A DNA stretch of 64,000 bases from an uncultured Clostridia bacterium. GTDB taxonomy: Bacteria > Bacillota > Clostridia > UBA1381. The stretch spans positions 43,055 through 107,054 of the forward strand of contig CANQQZ010000007.1 of the NCBI GenBank assembly GCA_947626135.1, written 5' to 3'. Below the pieces are notes generated by a model. It saw only the letters and a program-made list of their open reading frames with translations, did no database searches and was not told the DNA's origin. Of this stretch, positions 48,542 through 58,800 are shown piece after piece. The translations under genes and the position numbers were made by a program. Numbering within the stretch: the first letter of the stretch is position 1; every line of letters begins with the position of its first letter.

Positions 48542-49294
48542 ATGAGTAAAAAAACAACCAAATTACTTGCAGCCGCAGCTGCCGCCCTAATGCTGGCTTC
48601 CTGCGCCTCACAGCCGTCAGATTCCGCTTCGAGCCCCGATTCTTCGGTCTCGCCGGGCGATTCGTCGGACTTTGTGTCCCTTGCCGAAGCGGTGCCGGAC
48701 GTAATACTTGAAATAAGATATTACTCCACGTATAATTTTGTCGGCGACAGAATCGACGGATACGAAGAGCCCTGCGCGCTTATGACAAAGGAAGCTGCTC
48801 AAGCCCTGAAGGGCGCGGCGGACGATGCGGAGGAGCAGGGATATGTGTTGAAAATCTATGACGCGTACCGTCCCCAGACAGCCGTAAATAATTTTATTGA
48901 ATGGGCTGAGGACACGGATGATACGAAAATGAAGGAATATTTCTATCCCGAGCTTGACAAGTCCGTATTGTTTGACCAGGGCTATATCGCGGACAAATCG
49001 GGACACAGCCGCGGAAGCACCGTGGATTTAACGCTCTTCGATATGGACACCGGAAAGGACCTGGATATGGGCGGCACATTTGATTATTTCGGCGAGCGCT
49101 CCCATCCGGACTATACCGGCGATTTAACTCCCGAGCAAATAAACAACAGAAACATACTACGAGATATCATGGTCGAAAACGGCTTTAAACCTCTCGATAC
49201 GGAATGGTGGCATTTCACGCTCGAAAATGAACCGTATCCGTCTACCTATTTTGATTTTCCGGTCAACAGCGACTCGGTTCAGAATATGGAATAA
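48542..49294 (+). CDS. VanX/DdpX-type D-Ala-D-Ala dipeptidase (peptidase M15D) with lipoprotein signal
   Basis: IRYYSTYNFVG, YDAYRP, SGHSRGSTVDL and WWHFTL zinc-peptidase motifs. N-terminal ...ALMLASCAS lipobox. The ATG at 48542 lies 9 nt after AGGAGA. Confidence 0.75.
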   Translation: MSKKTTKLLAAAAAALMLASCASQPSDSASSPDSSVSPGDSSDFVSLAEAVPDVILEIRYYSTYNFVGDRIDGYEEPCALMTKEAAQALKGAADDAEEQGYVLKIYDAYRPQTAVNNFIEWAEDTDDTKMKEYFYPELDKSVLFDQGYIADKSGHSRGSTVDLTLFDMDTGKDLDMGGTFDYFGERSHPDYTGDLTPEQINNRNILRDIMVENGFKPLDTEWWHFTLENEPYPSTYFDFPVNSDSVQNME

Positions 49295-49314
49295 CAAATT
49301 TATGCAATAAAAAA

Positions 49315-49340
49315 ACAGGCGGGAAGCGGTTCCCGTCTGT
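49315..49340. terminator. bidirectional intrinsic terminator (dipeptidase gene / histidine kinase gene)
   Basis: 11-bp perfect stem acaggcgggaa/ttcccgtctgt, loop gcgg, with an A-run upstream and a T-rich run downstream. Confidence 0.7.
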
Positions 49341-49342
49341 TG

Positions 49343-51175
49343 TTATTTTCCTCCGTTTTCCGATACGGGGATTGTAATTGTAACCTCTGTTCCCGAGCCC
49401 GGCTCGCTGGTGATTTTAATCTTACCCTTAAAGCATGATTCCAGCGTCTGCTTGGCGATTGCCAGCCCGAGTCCCGTTCCGCCCGTATCGCGCGAGCGGG
49501 CGCGGTCAACCCGATAAAATCTATCGAAAATATGTGGAAGGCTTTCCTTCGGTATTCCGATCCCGTTATCCTTTATTTTTACATTGATATCCGAATATAC
49601 GCGGCTTGAAAACACCTCTATGGTTCCGCCGTCGCGCGTATATTTGAGAGCGTTTGAAATAATATTTATAAATACGCGCTCCAATCCGCCGTAATCGCCT
49701 ATAATTACAGGGATATCGTTTATTGGATGATAGGAAAGAGACTGGTTTTTCTTTTTCGCCTGCAAACCCATACGGTCAACGAGCGATTCGAGCATCTTTC
49801 TTATGTCGATCTGCTCCGCGGGCTTAAAGTAATTCTGCGTTTCGCTCAAAGCCGAAAGCGTAAGTAAATCGCTTATTATATTTGCCATTCTGTCCGCTTC
49901 TGTGGCGATAACGTCAAGAAATCTTGTGCGGAGCTCCCTGTCGGCGTCCGGCATATCCGCAAGAGTTTCAGAGTAGGATTTTATCGTGGTAAGCGGCGTT
50001 CTGAGCTCGTGCGATACATTTGCCACAAAATCGAGCCGCGACTGCTCCAGCTTCTCCTGACGCGTTATATCGTGAATAGTAACTATTATACCGCTAACCT
50101 TATTATCCACCTCGAATGTCGCAAAATTAAGCTGTAAAAACTGATTATTAAGACTAATTGCGCGTTCCAAAGAACCCGACGGCTTCATATACACAAGATC
50201 CCCCAAGGAAATATCGGCGTTAATTTCCTTAAAGAAGCTGTCGAAGCTTATATCGTCGAGATATTTCATATGCAAAAGCCTCTGTGTCTCCGGATTTACG
50301 TGGATTACCCGCCCGTTCATATCAAACGCCAATATACCGTCGCTCAAATTCTGAAGTATAGTTTCAACCTTAAGCTTTTCGCTCTTTGCCGCAGCCGATG
50401 CGCCCTGGCGGCTGTGAGCAAGGTACAGCAGCGAATTTGTCAGCTCCCCTATTTCATCCTTGTTTTCGGAAGACTTTACGGCGTTCAAATCTCCGTCGGC
50501 AAGCTTTTTTGCCTTGATGGTCAAATCCTTAATCGGGAATGTGATAAGCTTCGCCGCGAATCCCCCGATTATAAACGCCGCGGCAGCCGAAATCAAAAGT
50601 CCGTACAGCATAACAAGCGCCAGCTGTCCTACCAGCTGCCGCTGATCTTCATTCGTATCCTTCACGTATATTATATATTTTATATTGTCATTTGATTTTA
50701 AAGGCAGCGCGTAATCCATAAACGACGACCAAAAAGAGGATTTTATGGATTCCTCGCCGTTAAGCGCGTTTGAGAGGACCGCCGTCTGCGTAAGCTCCGC
50801 CGTCCGGCACGTGGAATAAAGCACCTTGCCCGTGCCGCCGTCAAGGATAGCGTAAAAGCGAGAGCGCGTTATCCCGATCGTTCCCTCGACATATCCGAGA
50901 ATATCACGTATGCCGGCAACGTCGGTCTGCGCGTCGGAATGTATGATTATATTATTGTTTTCATCCGTATATTCCTCCGGGGACGCAACCGTAGCCGCAG
51001 CCTCCGAAAGCTGTGTTTTTAAATCGTCGCTGAACGCCTCGCTGACGGAGTCGCGGAAATCCTGATGAAATGAATTTACCGTTTTTATTATCACAGCCGA
51101 GCCTATAAGCAGCTCGGCAATGATAATCATAGATGTGAATATAAGTGTTAATTTCCAACGAATACTTTTAAACAT
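49343..51175 (-). CDS. sensor histidine kinase (WalK/VicK-like: TM, extracytoplasmic domain, HAMP, PAS, HisKA, HATPase)
   Basis: H-box SHELRTPLTTIKSY, N box ISNALKYT, DNGIGIP and GGTGLGLAIAK. Confidence 0.88.
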   Translation of the reverse strand: MFKSIRWKLTLIFTSMIIIAELLIGSAVIIKTVNSFHQDFRDSVSEAFSDDLKTQLSEAAATVASPEEYTDENNNIIIHSDAQTDVAGIRDILGYVEGTIGITRSRFYAILDGGTGKVLYSTCRTAELTQTAVLSNALNGEESIKSSFWSSFMDYALPLKSNDNIKYIIYVKDTNEDQRQLVGQLALVMLYGLLISAAAAFIIGGFAAKLITFPIKDLTIKAKKLADGDLNAVKSSENKDEIGELTNSLLYLAHSRQGASAAAKSEKLKVETILQNLSDGILAFDMNGRVIHVNPETQRLLHMKYLDDISFDSFFKEINADISLGDLVYMKPSGSLERAISLNNQFLQLNFATFEVDNKVSGIIVTIHDITRQEKLEQSRLDFVANVSHELRTPLTTIKSYSETLADMPDADRELRTRFLDVIATEADRMANIISDLLTLSALSETQNYFKPAEQIDIRKMLESLVDRMGLQAKKKNQSLSYHPINDIPVIIGDYGGLERVFINIISNALKYTRDGGTIEVFSSRVYSDINVKIKDNGIGIPKESLPHIFDRFYRVDRARSRDTGGTGLGLAIAKQTLESCFKGKIKITSEPGSGTEVTITIPVSENGGK

Positions 51176-51181
51176 CGCTTT

Positions 51182-51880
51182 TTACTTGTTGAAATAATAG
51201 CCCACTCCGCGCTTTGTTATTATATAACGCGGCATGCTCGGGTCATCTTCGATTTTTTCCCTTAATCTTCTGACTGTAACATCGACGGTCCGCACATCGC
51301 CGTAATACTCATATCCCCAGACATTCTCCAAAAGCTTCTCGCGCGAGAAAATTTTATCCGGCTGCATTGCCAGGAATTTCAGCAATTCAAACTCTCTGAG
51401 CGTTATATCAATAACCTCTCCGTTTTTCGTTACCTCATAGCGCTCTATATTGATTGTCAAATCGCCCGAAACGATGGTGTTAACATTTTCCGTCTTTTCC
51501 GGTACCGGTATATCGAGCGCGCTGCGCCGCAGATTGGCTTTGATTCGCGCCGTAAGCTCGCGCGCCGAATAAGGCTTTGTAATATAATCATCCGCGCCCA
51601 GCTCCAGACCGAGGATCTTATCGACCTCGTCCTCGCGCGCCGTGAGCATTATGATTGGGACTCCCGAATGCTCGCGTATTTTCTTGCAGACCTCCCAGCC
51701 GTCCATTCCCGGCAGCATAAGGTCGAGAAGAATTAAATCCGGATTTTCGCTGAGCGCCATTTCCAAACCGGTTATTCCGTCATACGCGCTTATGGTTTTA
51801 TACCCTTCCTTTGCCAACTGTATCGTAAGTATTTCGTTTATCTGCTGCTCGTCCTCAATTATCAATATAACTCTATCCAT
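51182..51880 (-). CDS. OmpR/PhoB-family response regulator
   Basis: Receiver domain (ILIIEDE..., LILLDLMLPGMDG, ...LTAR) and a C-terminal winged helix (TLREFELLKFL..., RTVDVTVRRLREKIE). It lies 6 nt upstream of the kinase. Confidence 0.92.
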   Translation of the reverse strand: MDRVILIIEDEQQINEILTIQLAKEGYKTISAYDGITGLEMALSENPDLILLDLMLPGMDGWEVCKKIREHSGVPIIMLTAREDEVDKILGLELGADDYITKPYSARELTARIKANLRRSALDIPVPEKTENVNTIVSGDLTINIERYEVTKNGEVIDITLREFELLKFLAMQPDKIFSREKLLENVWGYEYYGDVRTVDVTVRRLREKIEDDPSMPRYIITKRGVGYYFNK

Positions 51881-52223
51881 TCTGCACCTTCAGTCCTTTC
51901 GGTAGTATTATTAAAAATTTTTCTTTTTATTACATATTTTGCATTATTATTATATTTATTTTATCAGAAAGATACAAATACTTCAAGAGAAAATTTCATA
52001 TTTTGTGTTTTTTTAGGATAATTGCTACAAAATTTAGTGGTTTGTTTGTGATATTTGGCAATAGATATTGTGTTACCGCATTAAAAAGGATATATATGGA
52101 AATTTTTCATCTCATACAGAGCAAAAAACAGGAATCAATCATCCTCCGCGCCGGCGTACCGTACCGGCGCTTTACACAAAATACCGGATATTTCCGCAAA
52201 AATAAATATTTTTCCGATTTCCC

Positions 52224-52253
52224 TTGACACCGCGGCTGTATCGGTTGTAAAAT
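52224..52253 (+). promoter_or_regulatory. putative sigma-A promoter of aspS
   Basis: TTGACA, an 18-nt spacer, then TAAAAT, 36 nt before the aspS ATG. Confidence 0.45.
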
Positions 52254-52289
52254 ATACCTATATATTTACCAGTTAAAGGAGAACAGACA

Positions 52290-54068
52290 ATGGATACAAT
52301 GAGCGGATTAAAGCGCACAAATTACTGCGGGGAAACAACTCAAACGGGAAAAGAGGTTGTCGTCGGCGGTTTTGTGCAGAAAATTCGGGACATGGGCAAT
52401 CTCATATTTATAGATTTACGGGACAGAACCGGCATAGTCCAGCTCGCGTTCGACAGCGCGACGGACAGAGAAGTATTTAAAAAAGCGTCCGGCTGCCGCA
52501 GCGAATACGCGCTTATGGCGAAGGGCGTCGTGCGCGAGCGCGAAAGCAAGAATCCGGACCTGAAAACAGGCAGCGTTGAAATCGCGGTCAGCGATTTGCG
52601 GGTACTTGCCAAAGCGCAGACGCCTCCGTTTGAGATACTTGACGACACGAGCACGAACGAGGAGCTCAGGCTGCGCTATCGTTATCTCGATTTGCGCCGG
52701 AGCGTATTGCAGAAAAATATCATAATGCGCGGCAAAATCGCAAAATCCGCGCGCGATTATTTTCACGAGAACGGATTTATAGAAATAGAAACGCCTATGA
52801 TGATCAAATCCACACCTGAGGGAGCGCGCGACTATATCGTGCCGTCGCGTATACATCACGGCAATTTCTACGCTCTGCCGCAGTCGCCGCAGATTTATAA
52901 GCAGCTGCTTATGATTGCCGGCTTTGACCGTTATATTCAGCTTGCCCGCTGCTTCCGCGACGAGGATTTAAGAGCGGACAGACAGCCGGAATTCACGCAG
53001 ATAGATATGGAAATGTCATTCGCGGACGTGGAGGATATTATAGAGGTCGTAGAGGGATTTATCCGCCGCGTATATAAAGACGTGCTCGATATTGATATCC
53101 CCCTGCCGCTGCCGCGCCTTACGTATAAGGAGGCAATGGAGCGCTACGGCTCCGATAAGCCGGATACGCGCTTCGGTATGGAAATCACGGACATTTCCGA
53201 CATCGCGGAAAACTGCGGCTTTGGCGTATTCAGGAGCGCCGTTGAATCGGGAGGCTCCGTTAGAGCGATCGTCGCAAAGGACGCGGCAAAAACGCTTACC
53301 AGAAAGGAAATCGACAAGCTCACGGAATATGTGCGCGGTATCGGTGCGAAGGGGCTCGCGTTTATCCGCTGGGTCGAGGACGAACCCGCATGCGCGTTCG
53401 CGAAGTTTATGGAAAACGGCGAAACGGAACGGATAATCGAGCGTCTGGGCGTCGAAAAGGGCGACGTCGCTCTGTTTGTTGCGGACAAAACAAGCGTGAC
53501 CCTCCCCGTTCTGGGAGCGTTAAGGCTTGCCGTGGCGAAAAAGCTCAATATTATACGTGACGGCTGGAATTTTATATGGATAACTCAGTTTCCGTTTTTC
53601 GAATATGATGAGGAAAATAATAAATGGGTCGCGATGCACCATCCCTTTACAATGCCCGAGGACGACTGCATACAGTATCTTGACACCGACCCCGGTAAGG
53701 TTATCGCGAAGGCATACGATCTCGTGTTAAACGGAACGGAATTATTATCCGGCTCAATCCGCATAACCGATTACGAATTGCAGCAGAAAATGTTCCAGTC
53801 TCTCGGTCTTACTGATGAGGAAATCGAGGCGAAATTCGGTTTCCTCGTTGACGCGTACCGATACGGTGCTCCGCCGCACGGCGGAATGGGTCTCGGACTC
53901 GACCGCCTCGCAATGCTCATGTGCGGCGCGGAGAGCTTGAGGGACGTCACGGCGTTCCCCAAGGTGCAAAACGCGTCGGAGCTTATGTCCGGCGCTCCCG
54001 GCAGGGTAAGCGCGGAACAGTTAAAGGAGCTTGCCATAAGCATTACGGAGGAAAAGGAGGAGAAATAA
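52290..54068 (+). CDS. aspS: aspartate--tRNA ligase (bacterial type)
   Basis: 592 aa with canonical motif 2 FRDEDLRADRQPEFTQID and motif 3 GGMGLGLDRL, a GAD insertion, and RBS AAGGAGAA. Confidence 0.95.
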   Translation: MDTMSGLKRTNYCGETTQTGKEVVVGGFVQKIRDMGNLIFIDLRDRTGIVQLAFDSATDREVFKKASGCRSEYALMAKGVVRERESKNPDLKTGSVEIAVSDLRVLAKAQTPPFEILDDTSTNEELRLRYRYLDLRRSVLQKNIIMRGKIAKSARDYFHENGFIEIETPMMIKSTPEGARDYIVPSRIHHGNFYALPQSPQIYKQLLMIAGFDRYIQLARCFRDEDLRADRQPEFTQIDMEMSFADVEDIIEVVEGFIRRVYKDVLDIDIPLPLPRLTYKEAMERYGSDKPDTRFGMEITDISDIAENCGFGVFRSAVESGGSVRAIVAKDAAKTLTRKEIDKLTEYVRGIGAKGLAFIRWVEDEPACAFAKFMENGETERIIERLGVEKGDVALFVADKTSVTLPVLGALRLAVAKKLNIIRDGWNFIWITQFPFFEYDEENNKWVAMHHPFTMPEDDCIQYLDTDPGKVIAKAYDLVLNGTELLSGSIRITDYELQQKMFQSLGLTDEEIEAKFGFLVDAYRYGAPPHGGMGLGLDRLAMLMCGAESLRDVTAFPKVQNASELMSGAPGRVSAEQLKELAISITEEKEEK

Positions 54069-54850
54069 TGGAAAAGATAAATCTGTGGGGCGAAAAAATA
54101 CCCTATAACACGAATGAACTGACATATGTGCCGACGATTACGCCGTATCCGGCAAAATCCGACGGCGCGGTTGCCGTATTCGCCGGCGGCGGCTATGAAA
54201 TGAAGGCGGAGCACGAAGGACCGGTGATCTGCGAATGGCTCAATTCTCTCGGCGTTACGGCGTTCAACGTTGATTACCGCGTCGCGCCGTACAGGCATCC
54301 GGCTGAAGCATCGGACGCGCTGCGTGCTGTCAGATGGGTCCGCCGAAACGCGGAGGAATACGGCGTAAATCCGAAAAAAATCGCCGTTATGGGCTTCAGC
54401 GCCGGCGCGCATATGGCAGGAACGGTATCTGTACACTACGACAAAAATTTTTACGCCTCAACGGATGATACGGACAAGGAAAGCGCGCGTCCAGATGCGT
54501 CGATATTGTGCTATCCGGTCATCGACATGCTCGAATACCGTCACGACGGCTCGCGTCAGAACTTGATCGGGCAAGTGCCGCTTCACGCCGATAAGGAGCT
54601 TATGTCGCTGTATATGCAGGTGACGACGGACACGCCGCCCGCGTTTTTGTGGCACACCGCGGCGGATAATGCCGTACCCGTGGAAAATACATTGCTCTAC
54701 GCGTCGGCGCTGAGCCGTGTTAACGTGCCGTTTGAAGTGCATATTTACCCTTACGGTCATCATGGTCTGGGGCTTGCGCATGAGGAGCCGCACGTCGCGC
54801 AATGGACGGGCGCTCTCGATAAGTGGCTGGATTTGATGAACTGGAAATAA
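54068..54850 (+). CDS. alpha/beta-hydrolase esterase (lipase/esterase family)
   Basis: MEKINLWGEK... begins at the ATG overlapping the aspS stop (TAATG), after GGAGGAGAA. Contains VFAGGGY and the nucleophile elbow GFSAGAH. The track's longer ORF is an out-of-frame overlap with aspS. Confidence 0.75.
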   Translation: MEKINLWGEKIPYNTNELTYVPTITPYPAKSDGAVAVFAGGGYEMKAEHEGPVICEWLNSLGVTAFNVDYRVAPYRHPAEASDALRAVRWVRRNAEEYGVNPKKIAVMGFSAGAHMAGTVSVHYDKNFYASTDDTDKESARPDASILCYPVIDMLEYRHDGSRQNLIGQVPLHADKELMSLYMQVTTDTPPAFLWHTAADNAVPVENTLLYASALSRVNVPFEVHIYPYGHHGLGLAHEEPHVAQWTGALDKWLDLMNWK

Positions 54851-54862
54851 TCGGAGAAGCAT

Positions 54863-55420
54863 ATGAAAAAGAGGATTTTATTTATCATAGCGGCTTTAGC
54901 CGCCATGATAGCGCTTTTACTGCCTGCCGGCTGCGCCGATACGGCAGCGCCGGAGGAGGCTCCGTATACGGAAAATTCCGGTTCCTCCGATGATATGGCG
55001 GATATCGGCTCGGGAGAGCACGCCGAAAAGCCGCCCGAAGCCTTATACGATGTCAGAAGCAGCTCCGCCCTTCCGGATGAGGACGGCGAATACACATCAA
55101 AGGATGACGTAGCGCTTTACATACACACATATAACAAGCTTCCGAAAAATTTTATAACAAAGGATGAAGCGGAGGATTTGGGCTGGCACGGCGGCGGACT
55201 GGAAAAGTACGCGCCGGGGAAATCCATCGGCGGCGACCGATTCGGAAATTACGAGGGGCAGCTTCCCGAAAAACGCGGAAGAACGTATCACGAATGCGAT
55301 ATAGACACGCGCGGGAAAAAAAGCCGCGGCGCGAAACGAATAGTTTTTTCAAACGACGGACTGATATATTACACCGAAGATCACTATGAAAGCTTTGAGC
55401 TGTTATATGGGGAGGAATGA
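54863..55420 (+). CDS. barnase-family secreted ribonuclease
   Basis: The C-terminal 110 aa align by eye to barnase (YIHTYNKLPKNFITKDEAEDLGW...APGKSIGGDRFGNYEGQLP...YHECDI...RIVFSNDGLIYYTEDHYESF). N-terminal signal peptide with ...LLPAGCAD. Confidence 0.85.
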   Translation: MKKRILFIIAALAAMIALLLPAGCADTAAPEEAPYTENSGSSDDMADIGSGEHAEKPPEALYDVRSSSALPDEDGEYTSKDDVALYIHTYNKLPKNFITKDEAEDLGWHGGGLEKYAPGKSIGGDRFGNYEGQLPEKRGRTYHECDIDTRGKKSRGAKRIVFSNDGLIYYTEDHYESFELLYGEE

Positions 55421-55422
55421 GT

Positions 55423-55689
55423 ATGCGCGAAATTATTATTGACGGGCTTAAAATAAAAAGCCGCGGGGAGCTTCACTCGGCTCACCGCGTCGCCCTCGGA
55501 TTTCCCGAATATTACGGAAATAATCTCGACGCGTTATACGACTGCCTGACCGATTTGTTTGAGGACTCGCGGATTGTAATAAAAAACTACGGCGCGCTTA
55601 AGGATTCGCTCGGCGCATATGCTTTTGCGTACAGGCGGACCGTCTGCGACGCCGCGTCGCGTAACGAGCATTTGCATATCACGATATAA
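55423..55689 (+). CDS. barstar-family ribonuclease inhibitor
   Basis: ...ELHSAHRVALGFPEYYGNNLDALYDCLTD parallels barstar (LPEYYGENLDALWDCLTG). I prefer the ATG at 55423, 6 nt after GGAGGA. The track start at 55417 overlaps the barnase stop. Confidence 0.85.
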   Translation: MREIIIDGLKIKSRGELHSAHRVALGFPEYYGNNLDALYDCLTDLFEDSRIVIKNYGALKDSLGAYAFAYRRTVCDAASRNEHLHITI

Positions 55690-55697
55690 AAACAAAA

Positions 55698-55750
55698 TCA
55701 ATCCTTTTAAAAACTTAGCTTCATGTGTTTTAAAGGATTGATTTTTTTTA
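55698..55750 (+). terminator. intrinsic terminator after barstar
   Basis: Stem atcaatccttttaaaa / ttttaaaggattgat (one bulge) followed by TTTTTTTT. Confidence 0.7.
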
Positions 55751-55816
55751 ATTTTTATGATACACTGTTAAGTAAAGGATTAACCATACAACGGTTTATA
55801 AGGAGGTATGTAAAAT

Positions 55817-58800
55817 ATGAGAAAACAAACATTCGGCAGACTGCTGTCGGCAGTATTGTGTTTAAGCATGCTGCTCGGCTTGCTCCCGGCAGCCGCATCG
55901 GCAGTGGGCGGCGGCAGCGCTTCCGTAACATTTTCGTCGAGCGACGGCGAAAGCGTAAAGGGAACGGCGCGCACGGATATAATTACATCCATAAGCGCCG
56001 AGCTTAACGCCGACCAAACGGGAGCGGTCATCACAAAATTCAACTATGTGCCCGGTGAGGACGGCACGGCAAAGGAAATTGTCATTCCGTCCAAGCTTTA
56101 TACTGAAGAAGGCAAAAGCGGAACCGAGTACACCGTTACGGAAATAGCTGCGAACGCTTTTTCGGGCTGTGAGCTCACCGATATATCCTTCGCTCCGGAC
56201 AGCGGGATAAAAACCATCGGCGACCGCGCGTTCTCATCGAATCAGCTGACAGCCATACGCGATTTGCCGGCGTCGATAGAAAAGCTCGGCAAGGAATGCT
56301 TCAGAGGATGCGACCTGATGACATCCGCCGACCTGACAAGCCTTGTAAACATAACGGAGATCCCGAACGAATGCTTCCGTGACTGCAAGTCGCTTGCGAA
56401 TGTAACGCTTCCGGAATCGACCGAGGGCAGCGATGTAAAGCTGACCTCCATTAACGACAGCGCTTTTTATGAATGCAGTAAGCTCGGAGATATCAAAATC
56501 CCGAAAAATATCACGAGCATCGGAAATCTCGCGTTCAGAAACTGCCAGGCGGAAATGGTAATCGAATGCGGCAGCCATAAGCCCGGCGCAATAAGCGGCG
56601 CGCCGTGGGGAGCAATAAGCGGACTTGTTATCTGGGATAAGAATTTCGGCTATAATAACGATTCCCCATTCATCGTAGGAGAAGATGACGGACTTATTTA
56701 CGGTCTGAAAACGGCGAAGATATACAAAGACGGCAAATCCGCCGACCCGGACGGCTATACATTTGAAAACCGCGATAATGACGACTATCGTTATTACGCG
56801 TATATAAACACGCAGCAGACGGCGGATAAGGCGCGCAGCTTCAGCGACACCTCCTCCTACAGCGGCACTGTAAACGGGTTCACGATTGCGGACAAGGACG
56901 GCGATGATACGCAGCTTCAGGGAGAAGCTTCTATGTCCGAAATTACGTATAACTCAAATACGTACAAAAATCCGCTCAAATTGAACGAGCATCCGCAGAT
57001 TACATTTACAGCAGAGGAAAACGGAACGCTTGTGCTTATCACGGGAGATAAACCCGGAGCAAACGCCGAGACGGATCCCGCCGCATCCAACATATCCGTC
57101 AACGGAACGCAGTATAATCTGCCGGAAAATGATAAAACCGTCAAGGCGCATATACTGAAAATTCCGGTCCTTAAGGGTACCGAATACACCATCGCTCAGG
57201 GAAGCACAGGCGAAACAGAGCTCTATCTTATGGAGCTGTATTATGATGCGGCGAGCAAGCATTACAGCAGCATCGAGCTTGTAGAAGGCGACTTATCGGG
57301 CGAAGGCGTAAGCACCGATTTTAAAATGTCCGTAAGTATTCCCAGGGAGGTTCAAAAGATGGACCCCGCGACAAAGGAACTGATTCCGGGCGAAACGATC
57401 ACAATTAAGGGTATCGCAGACGGAGCGTTCGGCTCGCGTCCGGCAAACCATGTCTTAAAATACATAGATTTCACCGCTCTTGCGGACGAAACCGATATGA
57501 CAACGATCCCCGAGGGCGCGTTTTGGTATTGTCAGGATTTGGCGGAGGTAAGGAATATACCGAAATCCGTAACCTCCATAGAGAAAAACGCATTCCGCCA
57601 GTGCCAGGATCTGACGGAGATAACTCTCCCGCCCGAGCTGAAGACAGTAGGCTACTGGGCGTTCAGACAATGCACGTCCTTAAGGACCGTCATATTCGAC
57701 AGCACCGGTTATGACGAGCCCGGAACCGATTCTCCGATAGAGAGTATTGACAGCGGAGCATTTTCACGCTGCCCAGTTCTCGATAAGATATATATGCAGG
57801 GAGTTTCCGATTTATCGGCGATAAAGGGTATAACAGACAGCGAGGAAGGAATAGACGATGAAGACAAATCATCCTTCCCGTTCTCGGCATACGTCGCGGA
57901 TACATACTATAAGGGAACCGGAGGCGATCCCCTCATCGAGCACAGACAAACCGTTCAGGCTGTAAACGACCCCGGGACAGATGATATTGATGAAAGCCTG
58001 TGGTATTTCAATTATAAAACTAAGACTGTGGTTTACTATATGGGTAAAGTTCCAAAAACCACCGACAGCGATGAAGGGATCGTGCTTACCATTCCCAAAA
58101 AGCTTTCGTATAAGTTTGATGACGACCCCGCGCCCACCAAGGTTGAAATCACGGGCGTAGGTCAGTATGACGACAACACGGAGCTTTTCTACTGGGATAT
58201 GTACAATACGTCAAAGCCTCAGGACCAGGCAAAAGGAAAGCATATCAAGCAGCTTGTTCTTAACGACCAGATTACGCACATTAACGACTCTGCATTTTAC
58301 CGGGTACAAGTAGATGAGGTTAACTTTAAAGATGCAGCCTCGCTCGAGGAAATAGCGTACAGAGCGTTCGGAGCGGAGGAAAAAACCCCGCTGAAAATAA
58401 ACAGCAAAATTGAGTTCCCCGACAGCCTTAAACGAATAGAAGATCTGGCATTCAGCTACAGGGAATTTACCGCTCAGGATAAAGAATCCGTAGATTTTGA
58501 CGGCAGCAGCCGGGAGGTTGGATTGCTTACCATTCCGAAATTTGTGGAAAGCATCGCCTCCGGCGCCTTCAACGGCGTTAAGGGCGTGGGAAAAATTAAA
58601 ATTATGCAATATAATTATAAGCCTACCGATCCCGATTATCAGACAAACGAAACCTCGTACATGGCTTCGCCGGATGAGGTTAAATCATACGCGCCGTTTA
58701 ATATAGACGCGTCGGAATACAACAGCAGCACCGGTAAGCTTTACACGATTCCCATTGAGTATATGGATAGCGACACTCCGAGATATTCCGACTATATACT

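Noticed and set aside
42376-51880. Possible vancomycin-resistance cluster, given VanW, a VanX-type dipeptidase and a two-component system within 10 kb.
   Set aside because: There is no D-Ala-D-Lac/Ser ligase (vanA/B/C-type) or vanH dehydrogenase. The genes lie in separate transcription units on different strands, interrupted by glnN and a HAD gene. VanW and M15 peptidases are common outside van operons.
52003-52227. 74-aa TTG-initiated ORF from the track.
   Set aside because: It has no RBS and a hydrophobic, junk-like N-terminus. Only the internal 43-codon version has an RBS, and it is reported as a low-interest finding.
51900-52289. An Asp-type T-box or other leader upstream of aspS.
   Set aside because: I found no GGUGGUACCGCG-like T-box sequence or Stem I boxes. 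Only a promoter-like TTGACA/TAAAAT lies 36 nt before the start.
53771-54436. 221-aa minus-strand ORF spanning the aspS/esterase junction.
   Set aside because: It is antisense to two well-supported genes and has no motifs.
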